64,000 nt of DNA from a virus, in the IMG/VR virus record IMGVR_UViG_3300019487_000018, positions 69,459 to 133,458 of that record; one strand, written 5' to 3'. Below are positions 18,155-27,667 of this stretch, one piece after another (the first letter of the stretch is position 1; every line of letters starts with the position of its first letter). Position numbers and translations under genes: made by a program. Under the pieces are notes generated by a model, which saw only the letters and a list, made by a program, of their open reading frames with translations, was not told the origin of the DNA and ran no database searches.

Positions 18155-18738
18155 GGACAGAATTGTGGGTCTCTCTCACACACCTCAACAACGCTCGGAG
18201 CACCAAACTGATCACGCAAGTCGAATACTTGGAGTGGCGTAACGCAGTCATCGTCATAAACCGTCAACGTTTTTGCAACGGGGTCAATTCTTGTTCTGTT
18301 TCGCTCGTATTTCAACAAAGTTTGAATCAAAGAAATTGCGGTGGCAACACTTATGATAATGCTCGTTGTGTCCGCCTTAATAGCGTTCAATACGAAACCC
18401 GTTGTACCAAGATTCAAGTGATTGGCCGCTGGTTCCTCCCATGTAGAAAAAGCAACGTCGTCATGATAGCTTTCATTGACAGTTGCTTGATACCGTTCTC
18501 CCGGACACGTTGTAGATCCGCCGTCGACCGTAACAGTATAGTTGAAGGCCCGATCATATGTTGTGAAATCGTATCGATACCAACCATTTGCCACTTCTGT
18601 CATAGCTGCTGCATTAACGGCAGTTGTAAACAGAGCAGGGTTGAGCGGATCGAGTTCGAGAATCGTTACCGTAGGCGTCAACCCAGTTTTTGGAATACCT
18701 GCTTGTGTAAGAAAGGCTGTGATGATTTTCGTTGTCAT
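18151..18738 (-). CDS. Putative virion structural protein
   Basis: 195 aa, GLTPTVTI..MTEVANGWYRYDF..LLKYERNRTRID..LTVYDDD; late-type context. Confidence 0.75.
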   Translation of the reverse strand: MTTKIITAFLTQAGIPKTGLTPTVTILELDPLNPALFTTAVNAAAMTEVANGWYRYDFTTYDRAFNYTVTVDGGSTTCPGERYQATVNESYHDDVAFSTWEEPAANHLNLGTTGFVLNAIKADTTSIIISVATAISLIQTLLKYERNRTRIDPVAKTLTVYDDDCVTPLQVFDLRDQFGAPSVVEVCERDPQFCP

Positions 18739-18747
18739 TATGAACCC

Positions 18748-18962
18748 TCAAGATGTCTGTCTGAGATACGCTATCGCAGCTTGCAAAATCGCATGCCCTG
18801 TTGCTCTCGCAACAGCTGAACATCCTTCAGTGTAATACCATATAGCGATTTAATCCGCGCATTGTGTTTTGGTATTCGTAGTTTGTCTCGATTATCAGCA
18901 TGATATTGGCGTTGATAATCTTTATACGCCTGCAAATTTGCTTCAGCCCACTTATTCTGCAT
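18748..18962 (-). pseudogene. Endonuclease VII-like homing endonuclease remnant with deleted catalytic core
   Basis: ..HNARIKSLYGITLKDVQLLREQQG joined out of frame to AILQAAIAYLRQTS*; these are typical flanks of EndoVII-type HEGs, and the CxxC..H..CxxCN core is absent. Confidence 0.7.
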
Positions 18963-19029
18963 ACCTTGCCCCCTTGAGACTATTTATCGTTCAATTTCTA
19001 TGTAAATACACGGAACATTTGAGGAACTC

Positions 19030-20187
19030 ATGAGTGTAATCACTACCAGACCAACCGGCGTTGCTGCATGCTGTCCTATTTTGTCCAATATTCCAGTTGT
19101 TGCTCAACTGCAGCCAATTGCTGGAATGGTTATTGTCAATGCCGCTGCCACAACAGCGATTGACGCGATCCCATTGGCGGATTATCGTGGTGCGAAATGG
19201 TTCGTTGCTGTTGTAAACCACCACACGAACGATGTTGACATGTACGAAGTGTATGGGATCCACCAAGACGGAACAGCACCGTTCCATACTGTGTATTCGA
19301 TCCAAGGCAATGGTGTCAATCACACGGTTGATGTCGTGATCAGTGGCGCCAATCTCCAGTTGGAGGTGACAAACAACGAATCTAATGAAATAGTTGTTTA
19401 TGTCACAAGAATGCCTGTACCACGAGTAACTACACCAACTATACCAATTCCTACAGATTTTGAAGCAATCCACGTTATTCAAATTCCTGACACAACAATT
19501 CCTGCTGGGGACACGGTAAATGTTGATACGGTTCCTTTTCGGTATCATAAAGCTGAAAAATGGTTGTTAACACTGCTTGATCTTACAGCAGGGAATATTG
19601 AAGCACGTGAAGTATACAGCGTGCACGGAGTTGGACAATTCACTGATACGGAATATGCTATTGTAGGTCCTGTAGGAATAAATGCAACAATCGAAGTCGT
19701 TGTTTCTGGTACAACGGTTGTTCTGCGCGTTGAGAACAATGAAGCAAACGACATTGCGATTGTTGGTTCGCGCGTGCCGATTTCGACAAATCAAATCACC
19801 GTAACAGCTCCGACAACGAATTGTGTAACTATTCCAGGAAATTGCATCGGAGATGTGGACTGCGCGATTCTGTTAACGTATGCAACGGGTGTAAGTATTC
19901 CACCAGCAACAACGGTAATTGTTGATCAGGTAAATCATGTAAATTATCATCAAGTCAAGTGGTTGTTAGCTGCTTCAGATGATTCAACGGATACAACAAT
20001 GGGCTTTCAAGTGAACATGGTGTCACATTATGGAAACCCATCTCATACTGTTTATTCACAAATTGCTGCTGGATTAAATCTTGACGTTGATGTCGTGACG
20101 TCTGGTTTGAATGTTAATCTAGAAATCACGAACAATGAGGCATTTACCGTCGTTGTCGACGTAGTTCGAGTGCCTGTTTCAATGTGA
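19030..20187 (+). CDS. Virion protein with three internal repeats
   Basis: Three copies of a KW(F/L)..EVY/QVN..H..(H/D)T.Y...V.SG..L.L...N.E unit; TAAATA at 19003; GAGG RBS. Confidence 0.75.
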   Translation: MSVITTRPTGVAACCPILSNIPVVAQLQPIAGMVIVNAAATTAIDAIPLADYRGAKWFVAVVNHHTNDVDMYEVYGIHQDGTAPFHTVYSIQGNGVNHTVDVVISGANLQLEVTNNESNEIVVYVTRMPVPRVTTPTIPIPTDFEAIHVIQIPDTTIPAGDTVNVDTVPFRYHKAEKWLLTLLDLTAGNIEAREVYSVHGVGQFTDTEYAIVGPVGINATIEVVVSGTTVVLRVENNEANDIAIVGSRVPISTNQITVTAPTTNCVTIPGNCIGDVDCAILLTYATGVSIPPATTVIVDQVNHVNYHQVKWLLAASDDSTDTTMGFQVNMVSHYGNPSHTVYSQIAAGLNLDVDVVTSGLNVNLEITNNEAFTVVVDVVRVPVSM

Positions 20188-20215
20188 TAAATAACTGATA
20201 ACAAAGGATTGCTAG

Positions 20216-23200
20216 ATGCGCGATTTTCACCGTATAACGAAAGGTTTGGAGATTGATAGAGCTGCGCGAGTTCTTCAAGGGAGCGGTGCTCCAGGAACAA
20301 CCACTGATACAAATACAGCACAGATTGGTTCGCTCTATCTTAACACACTTGGTGATTTGTCTGTTAAACAATTAGCTGGATCAGGTACTAACAAGTGGCA
20401 AACGCTAGCAACCGAGTCTTTTGTCCTCTCTGCACTATCATGGCGTGAACCAGTCGAAGTCGCTGACACAACATCTGCTGTTCTACCGTCTGGAACACCC
20501 GGCAATCCAATTATCGTCGACGGTGAATCAATTACTGATGGTCAACGAGTTCTATTTGCAATAATTAGTGGTGGCAACGGCCCAAATATTTACATCTATG
20601 ATCAACCGTCAGGCTTATTCACAGAGGATACAAATCCTGAAACACAAGGTGATAGCGTAGTAGTTAAACGTGGCACATATGCCAACCGTCGATTTGTGTT
20701 CGATTCTGTTTCGTGGCTAACATATGACGCGCTATTTCAAAACACAGTTGTCGTACAAAAGGATCCCGGTATTCATCAATTTGATAGCATTAAGGATGCT
20801 ATTGATTTTGTTGCAGCACAAGTACCAAGTGCTTCAAATCCGTGGGCCGTGTTTGTTTATCCTGGAATTTATACTGAAGACACAATTACAGTGCCTCAGT
20901 GGACAGCCTTGATGTCTGTTGCGGTTGGAGCAGCGACAATTATACCGTCGGATCCCGATAATGATATCATTGTAATTGGTGGGTCTTTTGCTGCAATTAA
21001 TGGTTTTATAATCACTGGTGCAACAGGTGTTGGTGCTGCTGGTGTTCGTGTTAATAGTTCTCCTCTTCCAAGCGTTCTTATTCTTAATGAGATTGGAGAT
21101 TGCTATGAAAACCTAGTACTTGAAACGACTGGTGCGAATGCTATTGCGCTTGCAGGTTTACAAAATCGTCTTGTGGCTGGTACAGGAACAATTCGCCTCG
21201 TTCGTCTTGAAGCAAATGGTAGTGTGCCCGTTACATTTAGGGGCTTTAGTAGCTTTTACATTGATGGACTTAGCACCGGCTTACAGGACGCGATTCTTAT
21301 CACGGGAACAGGCGCAGAGATGATTCTTGGAGGTACGCTTGTTTCAAGCACAACCGGTGAAGGTTATGGAATTCGAGTTGCTGATGGTGGTGTGTGCGCT
21401 TCACATTCTGGATTTACTGTTGATGGTTTCGATACAGGAATCTACGGCGAAGCAGGCGGTGCGGCAATTCGTTTTGAAATTGACGTTGGTATTGTAAACA
21501 GTGGTACACTGGATCTTAATATCGACCATCCATCTGCAACTGGTTTTATTAGTGGAGCATTCGATCCTTCGCTTGTTGTCATTGACAATAACAGTACCGT
21601 AAGTTTGTTGTTTAATCACACCAACTTTACCAAGGGAATTAGTATTGTAGGTGATTTGTTCCTTGGAACACAAAATGATACTAAAACGAACGTGACTGAT
21701 TTGATTCAGGAATCAACACCTATAGGTGCTCTTAGTGACTTTGAATTTCTTTCTCCAGGCGTCAATCCGTTAGATATAGATGTTGCTGCAGGACATGGAT
21801 ACTGTGAGAATACTGTCATTACAAAAAGTCGTCGTGTAGAATGGAGTGCAGCAACACTAACACTCGCCGACGATGCAAACAACTTTATCTATGTAACTGC
21901 AGCTGGTGTTGTATCAAGTGCAACTAGCGAACCAAATCCAATTGAAACAGTTCGTTTGGGACGAGTTCGTACACAAGACGGAGCAATTGCATTTATTGCA
22001 GAAACAGCACGGTATGCAGAACATTTGTCATCGCTTTTGGATGATTTTCTACGAGATGCAGTCGGTCCATTGTTCACAGATGGATGCATTACAACAGAGA
22101 ATGCAGTTACCGATCGGGCGCTAGACGTTACAAATGGAACATATCGATTTGGACCATTAGTGTTTACGCCAACAGGAGGTACTGAAATTTCGTTTATCCC
22201 ACACTACCACACCGGTGGTGTGTGGGGTGGTAATCCAGCTGAGACGATTGTTGATAACACTCAATATGATGATGGTACAGATTTAACAGCATTGACTGCT
22301 GGATTTTATACAAAACACGCATTGTATGTCGGCGGACAAGGTGCTGAGGAAACATATAAACTTGTTTATGGTAGTGCTGAGTATGCCACACAAAATGGTG
22401 CGGAAACTGCTCCACTGCCCGCACCGCCACCATACTTTAATGACATTGTTGTGCCAATTGCAGCATTGGTTGTACAAGAAGGCAATACGAATATCGTGAC
22501 GATTTTTGACATACGACCAAGAATCGGGTTTGCATCAAGCGTTGCCGGTGTAACGGATCATGGTGATTTGACGGGTCTACTTGATAATGATCATCCACAG
22601 TACTTGCTACGAAACGGAACCAACGATATGCTTGGTAACCTGGACATGGGAGGAAATAACATTGTCGATGTGAATTTAGTTGATGGCATTGATGTAACGG
22701 CACATGCATCCCGTCATTTACCGTCCGGTGCGGATGCAATAACGACAGCGTCTGCTGTTGGATTGACACCTTCCTCTACAAATACAACTGGTACGGCAAA
22801 CTCGCTTGCGCGAAGCGATCACACTCACCAAGTTACTGGTTTTTCAACGGCAACATTCTTACAACGTTTTACGTTCCAGGCAGATCAGTTCGATAATCCA
22901 GTCACAGCAAACTGGGCAATTAACGCTCTAGCACCAGCGTCCGCAGACACTGCAAACTCTGCTTTGACAGTTCGTCGGTTTGACGATACAACAGAAGAAG
23001 GTGTTGGTGGTCAAGTTACAGTGCCGTCTGGTGCAGTGAATGTCACATTCTATTTCAAGAGTCGAGCACAAACGGCGCCTGGTGCAACAGCAGGTGTACA
23101 ACCAACGTTTTACCACCGATTGATTCCTGACAATGCCGCAGTCGGTGCCTGGTCGGCGGCATTGAACTTAACTGCGATTTCAATCCCGACAAACACTAAC

Positions 23201-23356
23201 TTCCAGTACGACAGCCAAACAATTTCACTTGCAACGCTTGGTTGGAGTGCTGGAGAACATCGCCAATTTGAGTTGACACGCCGTGGCACACAAGGGGGCG
23301 ACACTTTAACAGGCGACTGGGACTTGTTGGAAATGATCATGGAGTTCACAACATGA
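20216..23356 (+). CDS. Large tail fibre/spike-like virion protein with probable beta-helix region
   Basis: 1046 aa; WREPVEVA..DGESITDGQRVL, FDSIKDAI..VYPGIYTE (pectin-lyase-like start), DHGDLTGLLDNDHPQY. Confidence 0.75.
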   Translation: MRDFHRITKGLEIDRAARVLQGSGAPGTTTDTNTAQIGSLYLNTLGDLSVKQLAGSGTNKWQTLATESFVLSALSWREPVEVADTTSAVLPSGTPGNPIIVDGESITDGQRVLFAIISGGNGPNIYIYDQPSGLFTEDTNPETQGDSVVVKRGTYANRRFVFDSVSWLTYDALFQNTVVVQKDPGIHQFDSIKDAIDFVAAQVPSASNPWAVFVYPGIYTEDTITVPQWTALMSVAVGAATIIPSDPDNDIIVIGGSFAAINGFIITGATGVGAAGVRVNSSPLPSVLILNEIGDCYENLVLETTGANAIALAGLQNRLVAGTGTIRLVRLEANGSVPVTFRGFSSFYIDGLSTGLQDAILITGTGAEMILGGTLVSSTTGEGYGIRVADGGVCASHSGFTVDGFDTGIYGEAGGAAIRFEIDVGIVNSGTLDLNIDHPSATGFISGAFDPSLVVIDNNSTVSLLFNHTNFTKGISIVGDLFLGTQNDTKTNVTDLIQESTPIGALSDFEFLSPGVNPLDIDVAAGHGYCENTVITKSRRVEWSAATLTLADDANNFIYVTAAGVVSSATSEPNPIETVRLGRVRTQDGAIAFIAETARYAEHLSSLLDDFLRDAVGPLFTDGCITTENAVTDRALDVTNGTYRFGPLVFTPTGGTEISFIPHYHTGGVWGGNPAETIVDNTQYDDGTDLTALTAGFYTKHALYVGGQGAEETYKLVYGSAEYATQNGAETAPLPAPPPYFNDIVVPIAALVVQEGNTNIVTIFDIRPRIGFASSVAGVTDHGDLTGLLDNDHPQYLLRNGTNDMLGNLDMGGNNIVDVNLVDGIDVTAHASRHLPSGADAITTASAVGLTPSSTNTTGTANSLARSDHTHQVTGFSTATFLQRFTFQADQFDNPVTANWAINALAPASADTANSALTVRRFDDTTEEGVGGQVTVPSGAVNVTFYFKSRAQTAPGATAGVQPTFYHRLIPDNAAVGAWSAALNLTAISIPTNTNFQYDSQTISLATLGWSAGEHRQFELTRRGTQGGDTLTGDWDLLEMIMEFTT

Positions 23357-24723
23357 TGGATTTTGACGGTGTAAATGATTGGGTGGATTTGCGTGCTGGT
23401 GGAGCAGTGCTCGATTTCATCAACGGCGCTTCCGGAACAAGTTTACTAGGGTGGTTTGATTTGGACGCCACAACCGATGAACACTTGATTGGACTATCGA
23501 TAAACAATGGTGGTGTCCCTATTGCTGATTCTCGAGCGGAACTACAGTTAACGCCTGGTGGTGTTCTTGGGTATAACTTTCGCATTGGTGATGGCGATGC
23601 ACTTGAGACGGGTGATGATGGTGGTGGAAATGTCGGAACAGCGTTGGCCCATTTCGCGATAACAGCCGACGGTCCCGGTGATACTGTTCGTCTGTATCGT
23701 AATGGACTGTTGACAGCAACAAATGCTGTGACATTTGCAGGCGCTGCGTTCACTGGTACAGGTTGTGCATCTGCCGCACTCATGGCTCAGGATGACGGCT
23801 TAACACTTTTTGCTGATGGACGTGCAACGGATTTCCGAGTTTACAATCGTGTTTTGTCCGATGCTGAAATTGCTACAATTTACCAGTCACGTGGACATGA
23901 TAACATCGTTTCTGGCTTAGTGGCAAAGTATCAGTTAACGGAAGCACCACCTACGGTAACGTTGCAACAGAGTCCGCAAATTGCCTCCATTACCAACACT
24001 GCATCAGCAACTGATGGTACAACACACAATGTCAGCATGCCTGCAACAGTTAACAAGTCAGATTTGTTGCTGGTCTTTATTGTCGTTGAAGGTGACAACA
24101 CTGCAACTTTTACTCCTACACCGACAGGCTGGACGCCTTTGTTTTCGTCTGGGGCAGGTACCACAAATTTAACAGGAGGATTTGCCAAGATTGCCGATGG
24201 TACTGAAGGAGGAACAACGGTTGATTTTGCTACGAGCAACACAGGTGGATTTGCGGCACACACGTATCGTATTACTGATTGGTATGGTACTCTTGCAGGT
24301 GTTACCACTGGTACAACGGCAACTTCTGCAGGCACTACTACACCAAATCCTCCAAACAACGCCCCTACCTGGGGTACCACAGTCCAACAAACACTATGGA
24401 TTGCTGTGGTAGGAAGTACCGATGACGATGAAACAGCAACAACAGCTCCTGCTGGGTTTGGTGGTCTAACGTCAACAATTGTTGGAGGTGGTGCAAACGA
24501 CGGTGGTGCAATGTCAAGTGCAAATGTTGTGTCCGCTGTTGCGTCTAACAATCCTGGAACGTTTACGCTTACCGGCTCGGAAGCAACGGTTGCACAAACA
24601 ATATCGATTCGACCCCAACAAGTTGTTAAGGACTCCTCGATCTCAACTCGCCATGGTACAGCCAATGGTGGAGTTGTTGGGTTTGAGAACACTGCAATTT
24701 CAAAAAGAAGGAGATATCACTAA
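23353..24723 (+). CDS. LamG/Concanavalin-A-like virion protein with inserted domain
   Basis: MDFDGVNDWV, HFAITAD..LYRNG, FADGRATDFRVYNRVLSDAEI, LVAKYQLTE..VKDSS..HGT. Confidence 0.8.
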   Translation: MMDFDGVNDWVDLRAGGAVLDFINGASGTSLLGWFDLDATTDEHLIGLSINNGGVPIADSRAELQLTPGGVLGYNFRIGDGDALETGDDGGGNVGTALAHFAITADGPGDTVRLYRNGLLTATNAVTFAGAAFTGTGCASAALMAQDDGLTLFADGRATDFRVYNRVLSDAEIATIYQSRGHDNIVSGLVAKYQLTEAPPTVTLQQSPQIASITNTASATDGTTHNVSMPATVNKSDLLLVFIVVEGDNTATFTPTPTGWTPLFSSGAGTTNLTGGFAKIADGTEGGTTVDFATSNTGGFAAHTYRITDWYGTLAGVTTGTTATSAGTTTPNPPNNAPTWGTTVQQTLWIAVVGSTDDDETATTAPAGFGGLTSTIVGGGANDGGAMSSANVVSAVASNNPGTFTLTGSEATVAQTISIRPQQVVKDSSISTRHGTANGGVVGFENTAISKRRRYH

Positions 24724-25307
24724 TGGCCGATGCCTTTAATACAGTCACAAAGGAATTGATCCAAAGCGTTGACGCAACGCTTGTGAGGTCTGATCACATT
24801 CTCTTCATTAAAAGCCGTGACAACTCCGACTATCAAGCGTTGGTTCAAGCTGGTGTACCAATGAGATATTGGAAGGTGGTCGCTGACCGGCTTGTTGAAA
24901 TGTCAACACCTGAGAAAGATGCCGTTGATGCAATACTGCTTGGCACACTTAAGGATCGTGTTATCAATAAAATCAGTGTGCAGGAAGAAAAGTACTTCCG
25001 TCATGTGGCAACATTTAGCTGGAATGGATTTGCTTTCAGTCTTAGTCTCGATTCACAAGTGAAATGGTTGTACTTGTTTCAGGCGAGGAACTCTTTGACT
25101 TATCCGTATCGCGTGGCTGCACGAAACGATGTCGATTTTTACGACGTTCCAGATGCCAGCACAATTGTGTCGATGTCACAAGCTGCCATGGCAGCAATGA
25201 ACAACGTTTTCACTAAAGTAACAACTGCAAAAGAACAAATTAGGCAAGCAACAACTGTCGATGAAATTCAGACGATTTATGACAACTTGGTTGCAAGCGT
25301 AGGATAA
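24723..25307 (+). CDS. DUF4376-like tail fibre assembly protein
   Basis: FSWNGFAFSLS..Q..VFTKVTTAKEQIRQATTVDEI pattern. Confidence 0.55.
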   Translation: MADAFNTVTKELIQSVDATLVRSDHILFIKSRDNSDYQALVQAGVPMRYWKVVADRLVEMSTPEKDAVDAILLGTLKDRVINKISVQEEKYFRHVATFSWNGFAFSLSLDSQVKWLYLFQARNSLTYPYRVAARNDVDFYDVPDASTIVSMSQAAMAAMNNVFTKVTTAKEQIRQATTVDEIQTIYDNLVASVG

Positions 25308-25312
25308 ACACA

Positions 25313-26032
25313 ATGACCATTGATTTCCACCGAGCGAAACGAGGACTAGAGATTGTCGTTAGTCCAACTTCTTTCGTTCAGTTGTTAACCGACACCGCAG
25401 CACCAAACGTGCAGCCAGATGCGCAAAATGCACCAGTCGGTTCATTGTGGATCGTCAACGCGGGCACGCCCATTACAACAGCCATTTACCAGAAATTCCA
25501 GGACGTGTTCAACACAAGTGCAGACTGGGTCAACGTTACAAGTGGTTCAACGGAGGAAGCTGCGATACGAGCGTTCATTGGTAAGGACGCAGCGGGCATG
25601 GAAACGCCAGATTATGCCAACCCAACAGGGGGTGGTCCGTATGATGTTGGTAACATCATTGGTACAAATGACAACCTTGAATTAGCCACAGCGAAACTTA
25701 ACGCTTTTGTCTATCAGAACAACGCTGAGACAAAAGGAACAAACGTACTAACGATTTCAGACACGTTGCCGGTGGGCGTAAATATTGCAAAATGGCTTGT
25801 TCGGGTCAATGGAAATGCTGACCCGACGCGTGTTCGAGCACGTGAAGTATTCGCGATTCGAAATAACGCAAACACCGTTGACTTTTCAACATCCAACTTG
25901 TTGTCGTTGGGGAGTACAGTTACTGGTTTGACTTACACTGTTACGTCTGTTGGATCGCAGCTGATTTTAACCGTATCGGCAGCAATAGCATTCGACTATG
26001 AAATCAAGCGCTTGGCCGCTGTAGGACCATAA
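25313..26032 (+). CDS. Virion structural protein
   Basis: MTIDFHRAKRGLEI N-terminus resembles 20216; C-terminal AKWLV..REVF unit resembles the 19030 repeats. Confidence 0.7.
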   Translation: MTIDFHRAKRGLEIVVSPTSFVQLLTDTAAPNVQPDAQNAPVGSLWIVNAGTPITTAIYQKFQDVFNTSADWVNVTSGSTEEAAIRAFIGKDAAGMETPDYANPTGGGPYDVGNIIGTNDNLELATAKLNAFVYQNNAETKGTNVLTISDTLPVGVNIAKWLVRVNGNADPTRVRAREVFAIRNNANTVDFSTSNLLSLGSTVTGLTYTVTSVGSQLILTVSAAIAFDYEIKRLAAVGP

Positions 26033-26033
26033 C

Positions 26034-27497
26034 ATGCCTGATATCTCTCTTGCATATACTTTGAATGAAAATGGTCTGGCGTTGTTAATCAACGACACGC
26101 CAACACATTCATCCGTTACGGCAGGTGTTGCTGATCCAACAGTCACCGGATTTTCAACCGAACAAGGTGCGATTTACCTGCGCACAGATGGCACCTTGTA
26201 CATCAAAACTGGCGCATTGGACACGGATTGGTCTATCGCTGCGACGGAAGATTTCGTTGCTGCCGGTTTTCAGCCTTTAGATTCCGACCTAACAGCGTTA
26301 GCAAGCACGGTTACGACCGGCCTGTATACGATCACCGGTGTCGGAACATCAGCAACTCGATCTCTTGTTCAACCAGCTGCCGGCATCACAATCACCAATC
26401 CAGATGGTGTTGCTGGCAACCCGACGTTTGCACTCGCAAATGATTTGGCTGCATTGGAAGGTTTGGCCGGAACTGGACTTGCCGTTCGGATCGCTCTTAA
26501 TACGTGGACCCAACGAACAATTCAAGGAACAACGAACAGAATCTCTGTGTCAGACGGCAACGGTGTTGCAGCTGATCCGGCAATTGACATTGCTGCAACC
26601 TACGTTGGACAAGCATCAATTACAACACTTGGTACGATTACAACCGGCGTGTGGAATGGTACAACAATAGCAATTGCCAACGGTGGTACAGGACAAACAA
26701 CGCAAACAGCGGCCTTTGACGCGTTAGCGCCAACAACAACGAAGGGCGATTTGATTGTTCATGATGGTGTTGATAACGTTCGTCAAGCGGTCGGAACCAA
26801 CAACTTTGTTTTGACTGCCGACTCATCAACAGGCACGGGCATTAAGTGGGCAGCTGTTGCTGGTACGGTTTTGCAACTGTATCACGAAAATCCCGTCACG
26901 CCGACAGCAAGTACAGTTGGTGGCAACAACTCAGTTGCAATTGGACAAGGACAAACAGCATCTGGTCAAGACAGCATTGTTGTGGGTGGAGCCAACAATA
27001 CAGCTTCAGCTACGTATTCGTTTGCTCAAGGCAATCGTGCCGTAGCAAGCAGTTACGGACAAGCATCCCAAGCAAGTGGACGCTTCACGGCAGATGGGGA
27101 TGCTCAAACGTCCGTGCTTGTTCTACGAACACAAACAATCAATACTGCAACAGTCACTGAAATGTTTCTAGATGGGGTAGGTGGTACACAACGAATGGTA
27201 CTCCCGAACGATACAACCTGGGGATTTCGAATTCTTGTTGCTGCTCGTGAAACGGGTGCTGACAACTTCTCTGCAATTTACTCATTTGTTGGAGGTATTG
27301 ATAGAAATGCATCTGCGGCATCAACGGCAATTGTTGGCACAGTCAGCAAGACTGTCGTTGCTGAAGATGACGTTGATTGGGATTGCAACGTTAACGCTGA
27401 TACAACTAACGGATCGCTGCGTATTCAAGTTACGGGTGAAGTAGGAGATGACATCAACTGGGTAGCTCGAGTTGAACGGGTGGAGGTAACAGGCTAA
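26034..27497 (+). CDS. Tail fibre-like protein
   Basis: 487 aa; GAIYLRTDG, PTFALANDLAALEG, adhesin-like NSVAIGQG..SIVVGG repeats, C-terminal LRIQVTG..INWVA domain. Confidence 0.75.
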   Translation: MPDISLAYTLNENGLALLINDTPTHSSVTAGVADPTVTGFSTEQGAIYLRTDGTLYIKTGALDTDWSIAATEDFVAAGFQPLDSDLTALASTVTTGLYTITGVGTSATRSLVQPAAGITITNPDGVAGNPTFALANDLAALEGLAGTGLAVRIALNTWTQRTIQGTTNRISVSDGNGVAADPAIDIAATYVGQASITTLGTITTGVWNGTTIAIANGGTGQTTQTAAFDALAPTTTKGDLIVHDGVDNVRQAVGTNNFVLTADSSTGTGIKWAAVAGTVLQLYHENPVTPTASTVGGNNSVAIGQGQTASGQDSIVVGGANNTASATYSFAQGNRAVASSYGQASQASGRFTADGDAQTSVLVLRTQTINTATVTEMFLDGVGGTQRMVLPNDTTWGFRILVAARETGADNFSAIYSFVGGIDRNASAASTAIVGTVSKTVVAEDDVDWDCNVNADTTNGSLRIQVTGEVGDDINWVARVERVEVTG

Positions 27498-27658
27498 TGG
27501 AACTTCTCACACGAGCACAAGCCATTAAACTTGATCTACCAAAGTATTTCACTGGAAAACCGTGTAAATATGTTTGTGGTTTACACTGTTGGGCTAACTT
27601 ACAGTTACTGGACAAGTCTGCTAATGGAAGTAAGCACGACACATATCAAGCAGACTAG
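27497..27658 (+). pseudogene. HNH homing endonuclease remnant (53 aa), in-frame deletion of the core; not in ORF track
   Basis: Manual translation MELLTRAQAIKLDLPKYFTGKPCKY|VCGLHCWANLQLLDKSANGSKHDTYQAD*: N-terminal KYFTGKPCK and C-terminal VCGLH..NLQ..N.SK motifs of phage HNH proteins abut directly. Confidence 0.75.
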
Positions 27659-27667
27659 TAAGGGAGA

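Noticed and set aside
1460-20187. Paired or terminal Cys in several virion proteins as additional rSAM targets
   Set aside because: No shared motif with the CHSS tail; equally explained by disulfides or metal sites.
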